This document shows, in pieces, positions 1 to 12,500 of a stretch of 61,390 nucleotides of DNA. Below the pieces are notes generated by a model. The model was given only the letters and a program-made list of their open reading frames with translations, was not told the DNA's origin and searched no databases. The translations under genes were made by a program, and so were the position numbers. Location: the NCBI GenBank assembly GCA_048213135.1, contig PS015480.1, positions 1-61,390 on the forward strand, read 5' to 3'. The stretch's first letter is position 1, and each line of letters starts with the position of its first letter. Source of the DNA: Reclinomonas americana ATCC 50394. Lineage: Eukaryota.

Positions 1-460
1 TCTGTCCTGCCTCACCTGCTTTGTTGTCACTCGCGTCATAGCCCCGCACTACCTGTCTCTCATTCTCTCACCCTCTCTCCCCCACTCTGTTTTCTCTCTC
101 TCTCTCTCGCCTGCCTGCCTCTCCACCTCAGAGTATGTGTCAGGAGAAGGCAAGGGGCGATAGACTCAGATCTGTGAATCAAGGTGAACCCCTGTATCAG
201 TTGTTTTCTCTCTTTTTCCTGTCTCTTCTGTCCTGCCTCACCTGTACTCGCTACCCTTGGTCTTTCTGTCTCTCGCGCCGTCGCCCTCGTCTCTCTCCCC
301 CACTCGCCTTTCTCTCTTTCTCTCTCTCTCTCTCTGTGTCACCTGCCTTGGCCTGTCTCTTCACTTCAGAGTATGTGTCAGGAGAAGGCGCAGGGAGACA
401 GACTCAGATCAATGAATCAAGACGATCTTCTACATCGGTTGTTCTCTCTCTTTCTCTCTC
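1..460 (+). repeat. Degenerate ~230-bp tandem duplication in intron 2 of copy 1
   Basis: tctgtcctgcctcacctg at 1 and 227; tcagagtatgtgtcaggagaagg...agactcagatc at ~128 and ~366. Related blocks occur in intron 2 of copies 2-4 (~4520, ~4690, ~8225, ~12280). Confidence 0.7.
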
Positions 461-977
461 TCTCCCCCTCGTGCTTTGTCTCCCCCATCTCCCTCCCTTG
501 TCTGTCTCTATTTTGTCTCTCTCTCTCTCTTTTTCTCTGTCCTTCTCTCTCTCCTTCTCCCTTTCCACTCTCTTTCGCCTGTCTGTCTCTCCACCACGGT
601 ATATGTGTAAGTGCACGGGTCTCTGTGTGTCAAGGTACACTTCCGTATCTGATGTTGTATCTCTCCTTCGTGCTTTGTCTCCCACATCTTCCCACCTCCA
701 GGATCTGCAATGGATAGGGATTGGGGGCACAGGAAGAGAGAATGAAGGATTCAGACTGCTCGGTGCACCAGTGCAGACGGAATGCAACGAACAAGCCTGA
801 GTGACCTCTCCGTGTGACAAGGAACAAGCCCAGAATTGACCTCCTCTGCGCGAGAGTGAAGAGCTTCCTCTCTCACTCTCTCCCTCTCTCCCTCCCTCCC
901 TCCTACCCACTTTGTCTCCCCATCACCCTTTCTCTCTCTCTCTCTCTCTCCCCAAAACGCTGACGTTACTCGTGCAG

Positions 978-1478
978 TTGTCCAACGAGCGAGGTCGGTT
1001 CCACATGGCACCCGAGGAACACATGGTGAATGAGTGGATCGACCAGTGCAGGTGTGCTCTTGCCTCCCCCGAGCTCCAGTCGATGCTGGATGCGGATCGC
1101 TCCATACCGTCGCCATTCCCTCTTGTGCAACTCAGCTGCGCTATCGCCTCGCCGAGATTCTATTTGGTGCCTTCATTTGATATGCTGCGCCGCCTCATCG
1201 ACATCCTCGTTGTCGGAGATGACCATCGCATGTACCGGAGCAGACGTCGCAGTCGCTCCTCCGACCTCATGCATCCGCTGGTCAGAATGCTGGCGCCGGG
1301 TGGCGTCATGCGTAGTCTCACGCGTACAACGCTACACCGGGTGCTGCTATTCGAGATCTACCACGTGCTGCTGGCCGACAAGTTGCAGGCCAGCATGGGA
1401 GTGGTGTTGCCGGCCGACTTGTGGATGCAGATTGTGCTGTTTGTTGCGATGCCGATTGTAGATGAAACTGAAGAGTGA
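978..1478 (+). CDS. Last exon of tandem ankyrin/F-box-like family gene, copy 1 (5' part outside window)
   Basis: ctgac branch-like site, then acceptor cgtgcag|TTG at 977/978. Frame is open to TGA at 1476-1478. Translation LSNERGRFHMAPEEHMVNEWIDQC...FEIYHVLLADKLQASMGVVLPADLWMQIVLFV matches exon 3 of the five downstream copies. Confidence 0.85.
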   Translation: MSNERGRFHMAPEEHMVNEWIDQCRCALASPELQSMLDADRSIPSPFPLVQLSCAIASPRFYLVPSFDMLRRLIDILVVGDDHRMYRSRRRSRSSDLMHPLVRMLAPGGVMRSLTRTTLHRVLLFEIYHVLLADKLQASMGVVLPADLWMQIVLFVAMPIVDETEE

Positions 1479-1681
1479 TGCAGACGATACTGAGTGAGGC
1501 TCAAGGTGTCGCAAACACTTTATTCCCCATGTCTACGATTGCATGCCCACGTCGCAGTTCTGATAGAGTCAGTACGAAGCACAACGCTTTTTCATACCAC
1601 AGCATTGCTTCCTGGTTCTTACCCACCAACAGCTCCCCTCTTTGCTTCTTGACAGCGACGAAGTCCACCGTGCGACCGCAC

Positions 1682-1693
1682 GTCCGCCAGGAC
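1682..1693. promoter_or_regulatory. GTCC-N4-GGAC inverted repeat upstream of copy 2
   Basis: GTCCgccaGGAC, 38 nt before ATG. Same arms precede all five complete copies. Function inferred. Confidence 0.45.
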
Positions 1694-1731
1694 ATCGTTC
1701 GTCCTTCCGTCTCCTCCTTCTCCCCTCGCGC

Positions 1732-4700
1732 ATGGCATCACCAGCATCCTCACCACCATCCGCACCTACACCGACACCCTCTGATCTCCTCGACGACCTG
1801 CTTCGCAAGGCCAAGGCAANNNNNNNNNNNNNNNNNNNNNNNNNNNNNNNNNNNNNNNNNNNNNNNNNNNNNNNNNNNNNNNNNNNNNNNNNNNNNNNNN
1901 NNNNNNNNNNNNNNNNNNNNNNNNNNNNNNNNNNNNNNNNNNNNNNNNNNNNNNNNNNNNNNNNNNNNNNNNNNNNNNNNNNNNNNNNNNNNNNNNNNNN
2001 NNNNNNNNNNNNNNNNNNNNNNNNNNNNNNNNNNNNNNNNNNNNNNNNNNNNNNNNNNNNNNNNNNNNNNNNNNNNNNNNNNNNNNNNNNNNNNNNNNNN
2101 NNNNNNNNNNNNNNNNNNNNNNNNNNNNNNNNNNNNNNNNNNNNNNNNNNNNNNNNNNNNNNNNNNNNNNNNNNNNNNNNNNNNNNNNNNNNNNNNNNNN
2201 NNNNNNNNNNNNNNNNNNNNNNNNNNNNNNNNNNNNNNNNNNNNNNNNNNNNNNNNNNNNNNNNNNNNNNNNNNNNNNNNNNNNNNNNNNNNNNNNNNNN
2301 NNNNNNNNNNNNNNNNNNNNNNNNNNNNNNNNNNNNNNNNNNNNNNNNNNNNNNNNNNNNNNNNNNNNNNNNNNNNNNNNNNNNNNNNNNNNNNNNNNNN
2401 NNNNNNNNNNNNNNNNNNNNNNNNNNNNNNNNNNNNNNNNNNNNNNNNNNNNNNNNNNNNNNNNNNNNNNNNNNNNNNNNNNNNNNNNNNNNNNNNNNNN
2501 NNNNNNNNNNNNNNNNNNNNNNNNNNNNNNNNNNNNNNNNNNNNNNNNNNNNNNNNNNNNNNNNNNNNNNNNNNNNNNNNNNTTCCCCTGTTCTCTCTCT
2601 CTATGTTCACACTCCCTTGTATGTGCAGTCCTACTTCTGGCAGGCAAGTGCAGCTGCGTTTCTGGCGCAGGCTGTACGCGGCGTCGTGGATAAGACGGCG
2701 GCTGCATCTTTGTGGGGGTCGTCGACGGAGCAATGGTGGGCGATAACATTCACCCACTGTATGTGGATGGCTCCGGATGATGCCACTGTCAGTGCTCTCT
2801 TCCGTGAGTTGCCGGTCGAGTATGTCGAGACAATGGCCAGGCACTGTCCCTGGTGGCCTATCGCTGCGGTCGTCACTGGTCGACTGCCGATGCTGCTCGA
2901 TACACTGCGCGCACGAGCCCAACTCGAGGATGGTCCGCTGCTTGAAAGAACCATGAACCCCGAGGCGCTCGACGTGGCACTGCGGGCGGCTGTGAGCTTG
3001 TCCCAGGGCCCTACCATTCGTTACCTGGGCGGCCTCGGTCTTCCAACAGTCGAGGTCGATGCCGAACTCCTCAGATTTACATTGTTCAGGTGCGTGCGCC
3101 ACTGCATGATCTGCAAAAAGGATGCCGTCCTCCGCGACCTGCGTGAGTCGTGGCCGCTGGACGACTTGGAGGAGAGTGCGCGTCTCGAACTGGCGGCCAC
3201 CACCAACGACGTGGAGACGGTGCGGCGGCTGCTAGACGAAGGTGTCGCCGACCCGGCCGTTGCCGACAATTTGCCGTTGCGACAGGCAGCATTCTGTGGC
3301 CACACGGAGGTGGTGGCTGCGCTGCTCGCTGACGATCGAGTGCACCCGGAACAGCACGACAACGTGGCCCTGCTGTATGCGTGCGTGAATGGGCAAGTGG
3401 AAGTTGTGTCGCTGCTGCTGGCGCGAGATGAGGTGGTGCAGGTTGACGGTTATGAATTTAAAGACAGCTGGGAGTATTGTCATGCACTGGCGGATGCAGA
3501 TGCGCAAGTTGTGGACACTGCCGTCGATGATGATATGACGATTCGGTATGATTTCACTTACGGGCTGCCGACTTGGCCGCTCGAGATCGCAGTGCAGTTG
3601 AATTACCGCGCGATGGTTCGGATGCTGCTGCGGGACTACTCCCTGTACGTTGCACGCGACGCCGTCGAATTGGCGGGCCTCTTGTCCGTTATCGGGGACG
3701 AAGACGTGCTGCGGGCATTGTTGGACAATCGTCGGATCTGGAAGGGAGTTCTTTCGAGCAAGCAAGCTGTCAGGTGCATCTTGCGTTGTCAGCTGCCGCT
3801 GTCGATCAAGGTGCCATGTCTGTTGGAGTACCCGCAATACGGGAAGTTTGTGGAGATCGGCATACTCATCGAGTGCCTCTTGGAATGCTTGGCGTCTAGT
3901 AAGCTCCTGCAAGTGCACGTGGAATCCGTGGTGACCGCAGTGCATGTTGAGGCCGACAGCCGTGGTTTATGGGAAGTCGTGCTTGAAAACTTGCTAGAGA
4001 ACAAGATGGACGATACACACGTGTCGTCAGTGCGGCTCCTGCTGTCGCTGCCATGTGCTCGGCCGGTGGCAAACCTTCGTTTTTTCAAGTTGGCAATGGC
4101 GAGGGCCCTTCACTTTAGTCGGCGGGATCGGCATCTGGAGCTCAACGACTACCGCCTCGCGCACCCTGAGGTACTGGCCTTGTTATGCCTGACCGGTGCA
4201 GAGGTGCCAAAGGTCTGTGTGTGAAGAAGGGAGACTGCGTGTGAGAGAAGACGCGTCATTTGTTTGCTATCCCTCTCTCTTCCTCTGAGAGAAAGAGAGA
4301 GAGAGTGTGTGTATTCATGTGAGAGGGGGAGGCACAGATCAAGGAAACAAGGTCAGCATGTTGCTTGTTCTCTCATGTTGGCCTGCCTCATCTTTTCTCG
4401 CCCGATTCTATTCCTTTTTTCTCGCATCATTGCCCGTCTCCGCGTGTCTGTTATTCTCCCCTCACTCTCCCCACCTCTCTTTCCCCCCTCCTCTCTCTCT
4501 CTCGCCTGCCTGCCTCTCCACCTCAGAGTATGTGTCAGGAGAAGATAAACTTTATATCAGTTTACTTGTTCTCTCTCCTTCTCTCTCTTTTGTTTGTCTC
4601 TCATTCTCTCCCCCACTTTCCCCCACTCTCTCACCTGTCTGTCTCTCCATCTCGGTGTATGTGCATGTACGTACGCTGGTCGCTGTATATGTCAGGAGAA

Positions 4701-5600
4701 GGCAAAGGGAGACAATACATCAAGGTGAAATTGTGTATCAGTTGTTTTTTTGCACTCTCTCCTTCCCACTTTGTCTCCCCCATCTCCCTCTCTTGTTGGT
4801 CTCCATTCTGCCTCTCTCTTTCTCTCTCTCTCTCTCTATCTCAGTCTCTCCTTTTCTCTCTCTCTCTTTCTCTCTCTCTCCCTCTGTCTCTCTCCTTCCC
4901 ACTTTGTCCCCCCCCCATCTCCCACTCTTGTCTGTCCTTTTCTGCCACTCTCTCCCTCCCGCTTTCCCACTTTGTCTCCCCAATCTCCCGCTCTTGTCTG
5001 TCTTTTTTCTGCCTCCCTCGCCCTCTTTTTCTTTCTTTCCTTCTCCCTTTCCGCTCTCTCACTCTCCCTCTGTCCTGGGGATCACTGACATTACTCGTGC
5101 AGTTGACGTACGAGCATTGTCGGCTCCCTACGGGCCCCGAGGAACATATGGTGAATGAGTGGACGGACCAGTGCAAGTGTGCCCTCGCCTCCCCCGAACT
5201 CCGGCCGATGCTGGATATGTCGTTGCCCTTCCCCCTGGTTCAACTCAGCTGCATCATTGCCCCACCGAGACGCCATTCGGCGCCTTCGCGCGACGTGCTG
5301 CATCGTCTGATCGACGATCTTATCTCTGGAGATGCCGATCGCACGTACCGAAGCGACCGTCGCTCCTCCCATCTCGGGTCGCCACTGGCCATAATGCTGG
5401 CGCCTGGTGGCGTTTTGCGTGGATTTGCGCGTGCAACGCTGCACCGGGTGCTCCTGTTCGAGATCTACCATGTTCTGTTGGCCGACAAATTGCAGGCCAG
5501 TATGGGGGTGGTGTTGCCGTCCGACATGTGGATGCAGATCGTGCTGTTTGTTGAGATGCCGTGGCCGAGTGCAGAGAGTGATGACGACGATGTATACTAG
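1732..5600 (+). CDS. Ankyrin-repeat protein with C-terminal F-box-like motif, copy 2 (exon 1 runs into gap)
   Basis: Exons 1732..(gap at 1820), 2629..4212, 5103..5600. Starts MASPASSPPSAPTPTPSDLLDDLLRKAKA. Ankyrin repeats DPAVADNLPLRQAAFCGHTEVVAALLADDRVHP. Donor AAG|gtctgt, acceptors cag|TCC and cag|TTG; all visible junctions phase 0. Confidence 0.85.
1820..2582. other. Assembly gap (others: 6130-6155, 9430-9449, 12258-12278, 21572-21591, 22458-22477, 34118-34329, 34700-35345, 38678-39221)
   Basis: Runs of N. Confidence 0.99.
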
Positions 5601-5810
5601 GGCTCAAAATAATGAACATTCTTCACCGTGGACTCCTCGCAACAACCTCTCGCTCATAACTGAATCCAGGTTCCTCTTCAGCATCACAGACAGCAGAGTG
5701 CGGTGATGGAGGCAATTGCACGCTACAAAGCAAAATACCTTGCAGCTGTTTGACACTGCTTTCGCCTCGTCGCAAGCTCCCCTCCTCGCCCCACAGCGAC
5801 GTTCCTGGGT

Positions 5811-5822
5811 GTCCACCAGGAC
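5811..5822. promoter_or_regulatory. GTCC-N4-GGAC inverted repeat upstream of copy 3
   Basis: GTCCaccaGGAC, 29 nt before ATG. Confidence 0.45.
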
Positions 5823-5851
5823 AACGTTCCTTTCCACCTCTGCCCGCTCGC

Positions 5852-6218
5852 ATGGCATCATCCTCATCTCCACCCGCGCCTGTGCCCACACCTTCCGATC
5901 TCCTCGACGACCTGCTTCGCAAGGCCAAGGCAATCAAGGAAACATGCGACAACGTACAAGAGCGCTCCTCAGATTTCGAGATCTCATCGTGGGAGGCGTA
6001 TGAAGTGTTGTGTCGCGATGCTGGAGTGGAGCCGAAGCCACCGCCAGCCAAACTCAATATACCGGTGCGTCTGTGAGTGAGTGAGTGAGTGAGTGTGTGC
6101 GTGTTTGTTCATGTCTCTCTCTGTGTGCANNNNNNNNNNNNNNNNNNNNNNNNNNCTCTATCTAGCTCTCTCTCTCTCTCTCTCTATCTTGCTCTATTTC
6201 TCATCTTGCTCTCTCCTA

Positions 6219-6253
<35 letters not shown>

Positions 6254-8425
6254 CCTTCTGTGCCTTCCTCATGTGTGTGTTCCTGCATATGCAGGGTGAG
6301 CTGCGGGGTTCAGCTGCAGCTGCGTTTCTGACGCAGGCTGTACGCGGCGTCGTGGATAAGACGGCGGCTGTATCATTCTGGGGGCCGTTGACGAAGCATG
6401 TGTGGGCGAAAGTATTCACCCACTGTGTGTGGATGGTTCCGGATGAGGCCACTGTCAGTGCTCTCTTCCATGCGTTCCCGGTCGAGTATTTCGATGCATT
6501 GGACGAATACTGTCCCTGGTGGCCTGTCGCTGCAGTCGTCACTGGCCGACTGCCTGCGCTACTGGACGGATGGCGCGCACGAGCCCAACTCGAGGATGCT
6601 CCACGACGGAAGCCGTCAATGTACTTCGAGGAGGTCGACCTGGCGTTGCGAGCGGCTGTGAGCGTGTCCGATGGCCTTGCCATTCGTTACCTGGGCGGCC
6701 TCAGTCCGCCGACTGTCGGCGTCAATCCCGAACTCCTCAGGTTTATATTGTTCAAGTGCGTGCGCCACTGCATGATCTGCAAGAAGGAGACCGTCCTCAA
6801 CGACCTGCGTGAGTCGTGGCCGCTGGACGACTTGGAGGAGAGTGCGCGACTCGAGTTGGCGGCCACCACTAACGACGTGGAGACGATGCGGCGGCTGCTG
6901 GGCGAAGGCGTCGCCGATCCTGCCGTGGCCGAAAATTTGCCGCTGCAACAGGCAGCGTATCGTGGCCACACAGAGGTGGTGGCTGCGCTGCTCGCTGACG
7001 ATCGAGTGCACCCGGAACGGCCGCATAACGTGCCTTTACTGTATGCATGTTTCAGGGGCCACGTGGATGTTGTGTCGTTGCTGCTGGCGAGAGACGAGGT
7101 CGTTGCGGGCGACGGAACGGGAAGGTTGTTCACTTTCGACTCCTGGGACTGTAATGGCACATGTCTACCGGCAACTGCCGATGAGCAAGTGGTGGACACT
7201 TTTGTAGGCTATAACGGCTACCTCGCCCACTTTTTGGGTGAGGATGAGCGTCCCATGGCCAGGTGGCCGCTGTGGATTGCAGTGCGGTTGAATCGCAGTG
7301 CCCTGGTTCGAATGCTGCTGCAGCGAGACGTGCCGCACCATCCACGCGGGGCTGCGTGGCTGAGGAACGTTCTGTCTCTCATTCGTAGCAAAGACGTGCT
7401 GCGGGCCTTTTTGGACAATCCTCGTTTCTGGGAGGGAGTTCTTGAGGACAAGGAGGCTATCGAGTGCGTTTTTGATTGTAGCCTTCCATTGTCGATCACG
7501 ATGCCGTGTCTATTGGAGTATCCGAAATACGCGACATTTGTCGACATCGGTGATCTCGTCGGCACTATTATGGACTGCTTCGAGGATGGAGAGGACTTTA
7601 ATGTGTCGCCGGAATCCGTGGTGAATGCAGTGCATGCGGAGGCCGAGAACCGCGGTGAATGGGATGATGTTCTTGATGTTGTACTTGATCACATCGTGGA
7701 CTACATTCACGTGCCGTCACTGTGGCTCCTTTTGGCCGTGCCTTGCGTGCAGCCGCGAATTGGAGACCCCGTCTTCGAGGAGGCACTGGAGACAGCTCTC
7801 CGAGCTTGTCGAAAGGAATTCGGTGCCGACAGTCCACATCTCACGCACCCGCACGGACTGGCCTTGCTGTGCCTGGCAGGTGCCAAGATGCCCCGGGTTC
7901 GTGGAAATGAGGGGAAGGGAAAGAGACGCGGATTAGGTCAATCTCATTCCTGTCTCTCTCTGTCCTGCCTCTCGATCCCCTCCTGTTCTCGCCCCCTCTT
8001 TCTTTCTTGTCTCTCGCGTCATCACCCCTGCCTCTCTCCTCTCCTCTCGCCTGTCTGTCTCTCTACCTCGGAGTGTGTGCATGCAAGGTTTGTGTGTGAG
8101 AAGAAGGGAGGGAGAGTGAGACTCAGTATAAAGAAACAAGATTCAGCTTCGGTTGTTCTCTCATTTCTGTGTCTCTCTTTCGTGCCTCATCTGTCTCGCC
8201 CCCTCGCGCCTGTCTGTCTCTCCACCTCGGAGTATGTGTAAGTGCGCGGGTCGCTGTGTGTGTGTGTGTGTGTGTGTGTGAGGAGAAGTGAGATGCAGAG
8301 AGACTCATGAGCTCCTATCAACGAAGCATGGTTCAGCTTAATCAGTTGGTTGTCTCTCTCTCTCTTCTCTCTTCGTCTCCCCCATGTCACTCTCTTGTCT
8401 GTTTCTTTCTGCCGCAGTCACTCTC

Positions 8426-8485
<60 letters not shown>

Positions 8486-9007
8486 GATCACTGACGTTGC
8501 TCTGTCGTGCAGTTGACCAACCAGCGGGATCGGTTCCACATGGTACCCGAGGAACACATGGTGAATGAGTGGATCGACCAGAGCGAGTGTGCTCTTGCCT
8601 CTGGCGAGTTTAGGCAGATGATGGACAAGTCGTCTCAGTTATCCCTGGTGCAACTCGGCTGCGCCATTGCACCACCAATAGCCGATGTGGCGCCGTCGTG
8701 TGACATGCTGCGCCGCCTGATCGACATTCTCGTTGTCGGAGATGCCGATCGCTTGTACCGCAGCGATCGTCGCCGTCGCTGCTCCAGTCTCGTGTCGCCG
8801 CTGGTCAGAATGCTGGCGCCGGGAGGCGTCCTGCGTAGTGTCTCGCGCGAGACGCTGCACCGGCTGCTGTTGTTCGAGATCTACCATGTTCTGCTGGCCG
8901 ACAAATTGCAGGCCAGCATGGGGGTGGTGTTGCCGTCCGACTTGTGGATGCAGATCGTGCTGTTTGTCAAGATGAGGATCTGGAGTGAGGAGAGCGATGA
9001 CGAATAA
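5852..9007 (+). CDS. Ankyrin-repeat protein with C-terminal F-box-like motif, copy 3 (769 aa spliced)
   Basis: Exons 5852..6064, 6295..7896, 8513..9007. Junctions CCG|gtgcgt...gcag|GGT and CGG|gttcgt...gcag|TTG keep the frame. Colinear with the other copies. Confidence 0.88.
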
Positions 9008-9136
9008 CTCATGTAAAGGGTCTTTTGAGGTCAGTCTGATAGAGGCAACTGCATGCTTCAAAGCACAAGCTCATTGGAACTGCTTCCTTGCCTCGCCGCA
9101 AAACTCCCCTCTCCGCACAGCGACGTTGAGAGGTGC

Positions 9137-9148
9137 GTCCACCAGGAC
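9137..9148. promoter_or_regulatory. GTCC-N4-GGAC inverted repeat upstream of copy 4
   Basis: GTCCaccaGGAC, 19 nt before ATG. Confidence 0.45.
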
Positions 9149-9167
9149 ATTCGCTCTCCTCTCGCGC

Positions 9168-9449
9168 ATGTCATCACCGTCACCAGCACCCACACCGCCT
9201 GTGCTGGATCCTTCCGACGTCCTCGACGACCTGGTCCGCAAGGCCAACGCGATCAAGGAAACATGCGGCAACGTGAAGCACCTCGAGCTCTACTCAGATT
9301 TCGGGGTCTCTGCGTGGGAGGTGCATGAAGTGTTGTGTCGCGATGCTGGAGTGGAGCCAGAGCATCCGCGTGTAAAACTCTATATACCGGTGTGTTTGTG
9401 AGTGAGTGAGTGAGTGAGTGAGTGAGTGCNNNNNNNNNNNNNNNNNNNN

Positions 9450-9533
<84 letters not shown>

Positions 9534-12500
9534 TCCGTGTACGTGTGTGTGTTCGTGTGTGGGATGGGAATGATGAAAGAATGCGAGAGTTGACAGAGAC
9601 AACGCTCCCTTTACTCCCTCTCTCTCCCTCTCTCTCTCTTTGTCTGTCTGTTTGTGCACTGTGTCTGGACGGGTTGCGAGAGAATACAGCTGCTCCTGCA
9701 CTCTTCCTTGCTGTTATCTCTCTCTCTCTCTCTCTCTCTCTGTGCATCTCTCTCTCTCACTTGCACACACGCACACGTTCTCTCTCTTTCTCTCTCTTTC
9801 TCTCTCTCTTTCTTTCTCTCTCTCTCTCTCCGTATCGAGATGTGTGTGAAGCAAGAAAGACAAGAACAGTTCGCTTCTCTCTCTCTGCTGTTGTCATTCT
9901 CTGTTCATGTTGCAGTATGTTCGCGTCGCGTGTTCGTATGAGTGTGTGCGCGTGTGCGTGTGCGTGTGTGTGCGCGCGTGTGTGTGCGCGCATGTGCATA
10001 TATGTGTGTGTGCATGTGTGCTTGGAATGGGCTTGTTGACCGTTGCAAGAGCAGAAAAATGTTGGTTAGTATCTCCCTTTATTCCTCTCGTACTCTTTGC
10101 ACGCACGCCGATCTCAATCTCTCTTTCTTTTTCTGTCTCTCTCTCCCGCTCCCGCTGCGCGTGCGTTTGAGACTCTTAATTTTCTGTTTCCCTCCTCTCT
10201 ATCTCTCTCGCTCCTTCTCTCCTCCCTCCCTCGTGGTGAACGAAATCTACGAAATGAGACTGGACTGCTGCTTGCGTTGCACTTTGACCTCACGTTTGGC
10301 TCTCTCTCTCTTTCCTATTCCCCTCCCTCCCCTTCTCCCTCTTTTCTCTTTCCTATCCCCCTCCTCTCCCATCTCCCTCTCCCTCTCTCTTTCCTATTCC
10401 TCCCCTTCTCCCTCTCCCTTTTCTCTCCCCTATCTCCCTCTCTCTCTCCCTCTCTATCCCTCTCTCTCCCTCTCTTTCTCTCTTTCTCTCCCTGTCTCCC
10501 TTTCTCCCTCTCTCTCTCCCCGTCTCTCTCCCTCTTGCCCTTATCACTGACATCACATTTCCTGCTCACACAGCGCCAATTCCGGGATACAGCTGCAGCT
10601 AAGTTTCTGGCGCAGGTGGTACTCGGCGTCGTGGCTAAGACGGCGGCTGCATCTTTGTGGAGGTCGTTGACGGAGCATGAATGGGTGAAATCATTCACCC
10701 ATTGTGTGTGGATGGCGCCGGATGACGCCACCGTCGTCGCTCTTTTCCGCGAGTTCCCGGTCAAGTATTTCGAGACCGTGGGCATGCACTGTCCCTGGTG
10801 GCCTGTTGCTGCGGTCGTCACTGGTCGACTGCCGGCGCTATTGAACGGATGGCGTGCACGAGCCCAACTCGAGGATGCTCCACTGCTTGAATTAACCGTG
10901 ACTCCGGCGGCATTAGACGTGGCACTGAGAGCTGCTGTGAGCGTCTCCGATGGTCCTGCCATTCGTTGCCTGGGCGGCCTGCCGACTGTCGATCCCCAAC
11001 TCCTCAGGTTGACATTGTTCAAGTGCGTGCGCCACTGCATGATCTGCAAAAAGGAGGCCGTCCTCCACGACCTGCGTGAGTCGTGGCCGCTGGACGATTT
11101 GGAGGCGAGTGCGCGACTGGAGCTGGCGGCCACCACTAAAGACGTGGTGACGGTGCGGCGGCTGCTGGGCGAAGGCGTCGCCGATCCTGCCGTGGCCGAC
11201 AATTTTCCGTTGCAACAGGCGGCGTTCCGTGGCCACACAGAGGTGGTGGCTGCGTTGCTTGCTGATGATCGAGTGCACCCAGAACGGCCGCATAATGTGC
11301 CCCTGCTGTATGCATGCGTCAGGGGCCACGTGGAGATTGTGTCGCTGCTGCTGGCGCGAGATGAGGTGGTTGCGGGTGACGGAAGTGGAGAGTTGTTCAC
11401 TGTCGACACCTGGGACTGTTATGGCACCGCTTTACCGGCAGATGCCGATGAGCACGTCGTGGACACTTTTGTAGGCTATGATAGCCACCTCGTCCACTTT
11501 TTGGGTGAAGATGAGCGTTCTTGCTGGCCGCTGTGGATTGCAGTGCGGCTGAATCGAAGTGCCCTGGTTCGAATGCTGCTGCAACGAGACGTGCCGCACC
11601 ATCCACGCGGGGCCAGGTGGCTGAGGGACGTTTTGTCCATCATCGTTGACAAAGACGTGCTGCGGGCCTTTTTGGACAATCCTCGTTTCTGGGAGGGAGT
11701 TCTTGAGGATGAGGAGGCCGTCGAGTGCATTTTGCTGGATTGTCGCCTTCCGTCGTCGATCAAGGTGCCGTACCTGTTGGAGTATCCAGAATACGTGATA
11801 TTCGTCGACCTCGACGATCTCATCGACAGTTTTATGGACTGCCTCGAGGATAGAGAGCATCTCGGTGTGTCGTTGGAATCCGTGGTGAATGCAGTGCATG
11901 CGGAGGCCGAGAATCGCGGTGAATGGGATGAGGTTCTTGACGCTGTACGTGATTGCATCGTGGACTACTTTCACTTGCCGTCAATTTGGATCCTGTTGGC
12001 CATGCCTTGCATGCAGCCGCTGGGTGAAGACCGCTTTTTCGACGCAATGCTGGAGACAGCTCTCGACGCTTGTCGGGAGGAACATCGTGCCGATGTTTCA
12101 CAAATCGCGCACCCGCACGGATTGGCCTTGATGTGCCTGGCTGGTGCCGCGATGCCCGAGGTGTGTGGGAGGGAAGAGAAAGGGAAGAGAAGAGATAGTC
12201 CTCAGATCCACGAAACAAGGGTCAACATTAGTTGTTTGTTCTCTCACTCTTGTCTGCCNNNNNNNNNNNNNNNNNNNNGAAGGGAGACAGACTCAGATCT
12301 ATGAATCACGGTACACTTCTGTATCTGATGTTGTATCTCTCCTTCGTGCGTTGTCTCCCACATCCCTCTCCCTCCCTCCCTCCTTCCGACTTTCTCTCCC
12401 ATCGCCCTCTCCCTTTCCGCTCTCTCTGGTGGTCACTGACGTTTCCCGTGCAGTTGTCTGACGAGTGGGATCCATTCCATATGGTGCCCGAGGAACACAT

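Noticed and set aside
135-910. Long Leu/Ser-rich or Arg/Glu-rich ORFs here and at 4264-5176, 9253-10556, 15212-16652, 21884-22719 and 56336-56990
   Set aside because: Translations of CT/GA intronic repeats that lack stop codons; they lie inside inferred introns.
912-1478. Treating the exon-3 ORFs (and exon-1/exon-2 ORFs) as separate small genes, as in a two-gene operon or toxin-antitoxin repeat
   Set aside because: Homology starts exactly at AG acceptors and ends at GT donors, and splicing is in frame in every copy.
1642-4224. 860-aa ORF and other ORFs reading through N runs
   Set aside because: Artefacts of translating assembly gaps.
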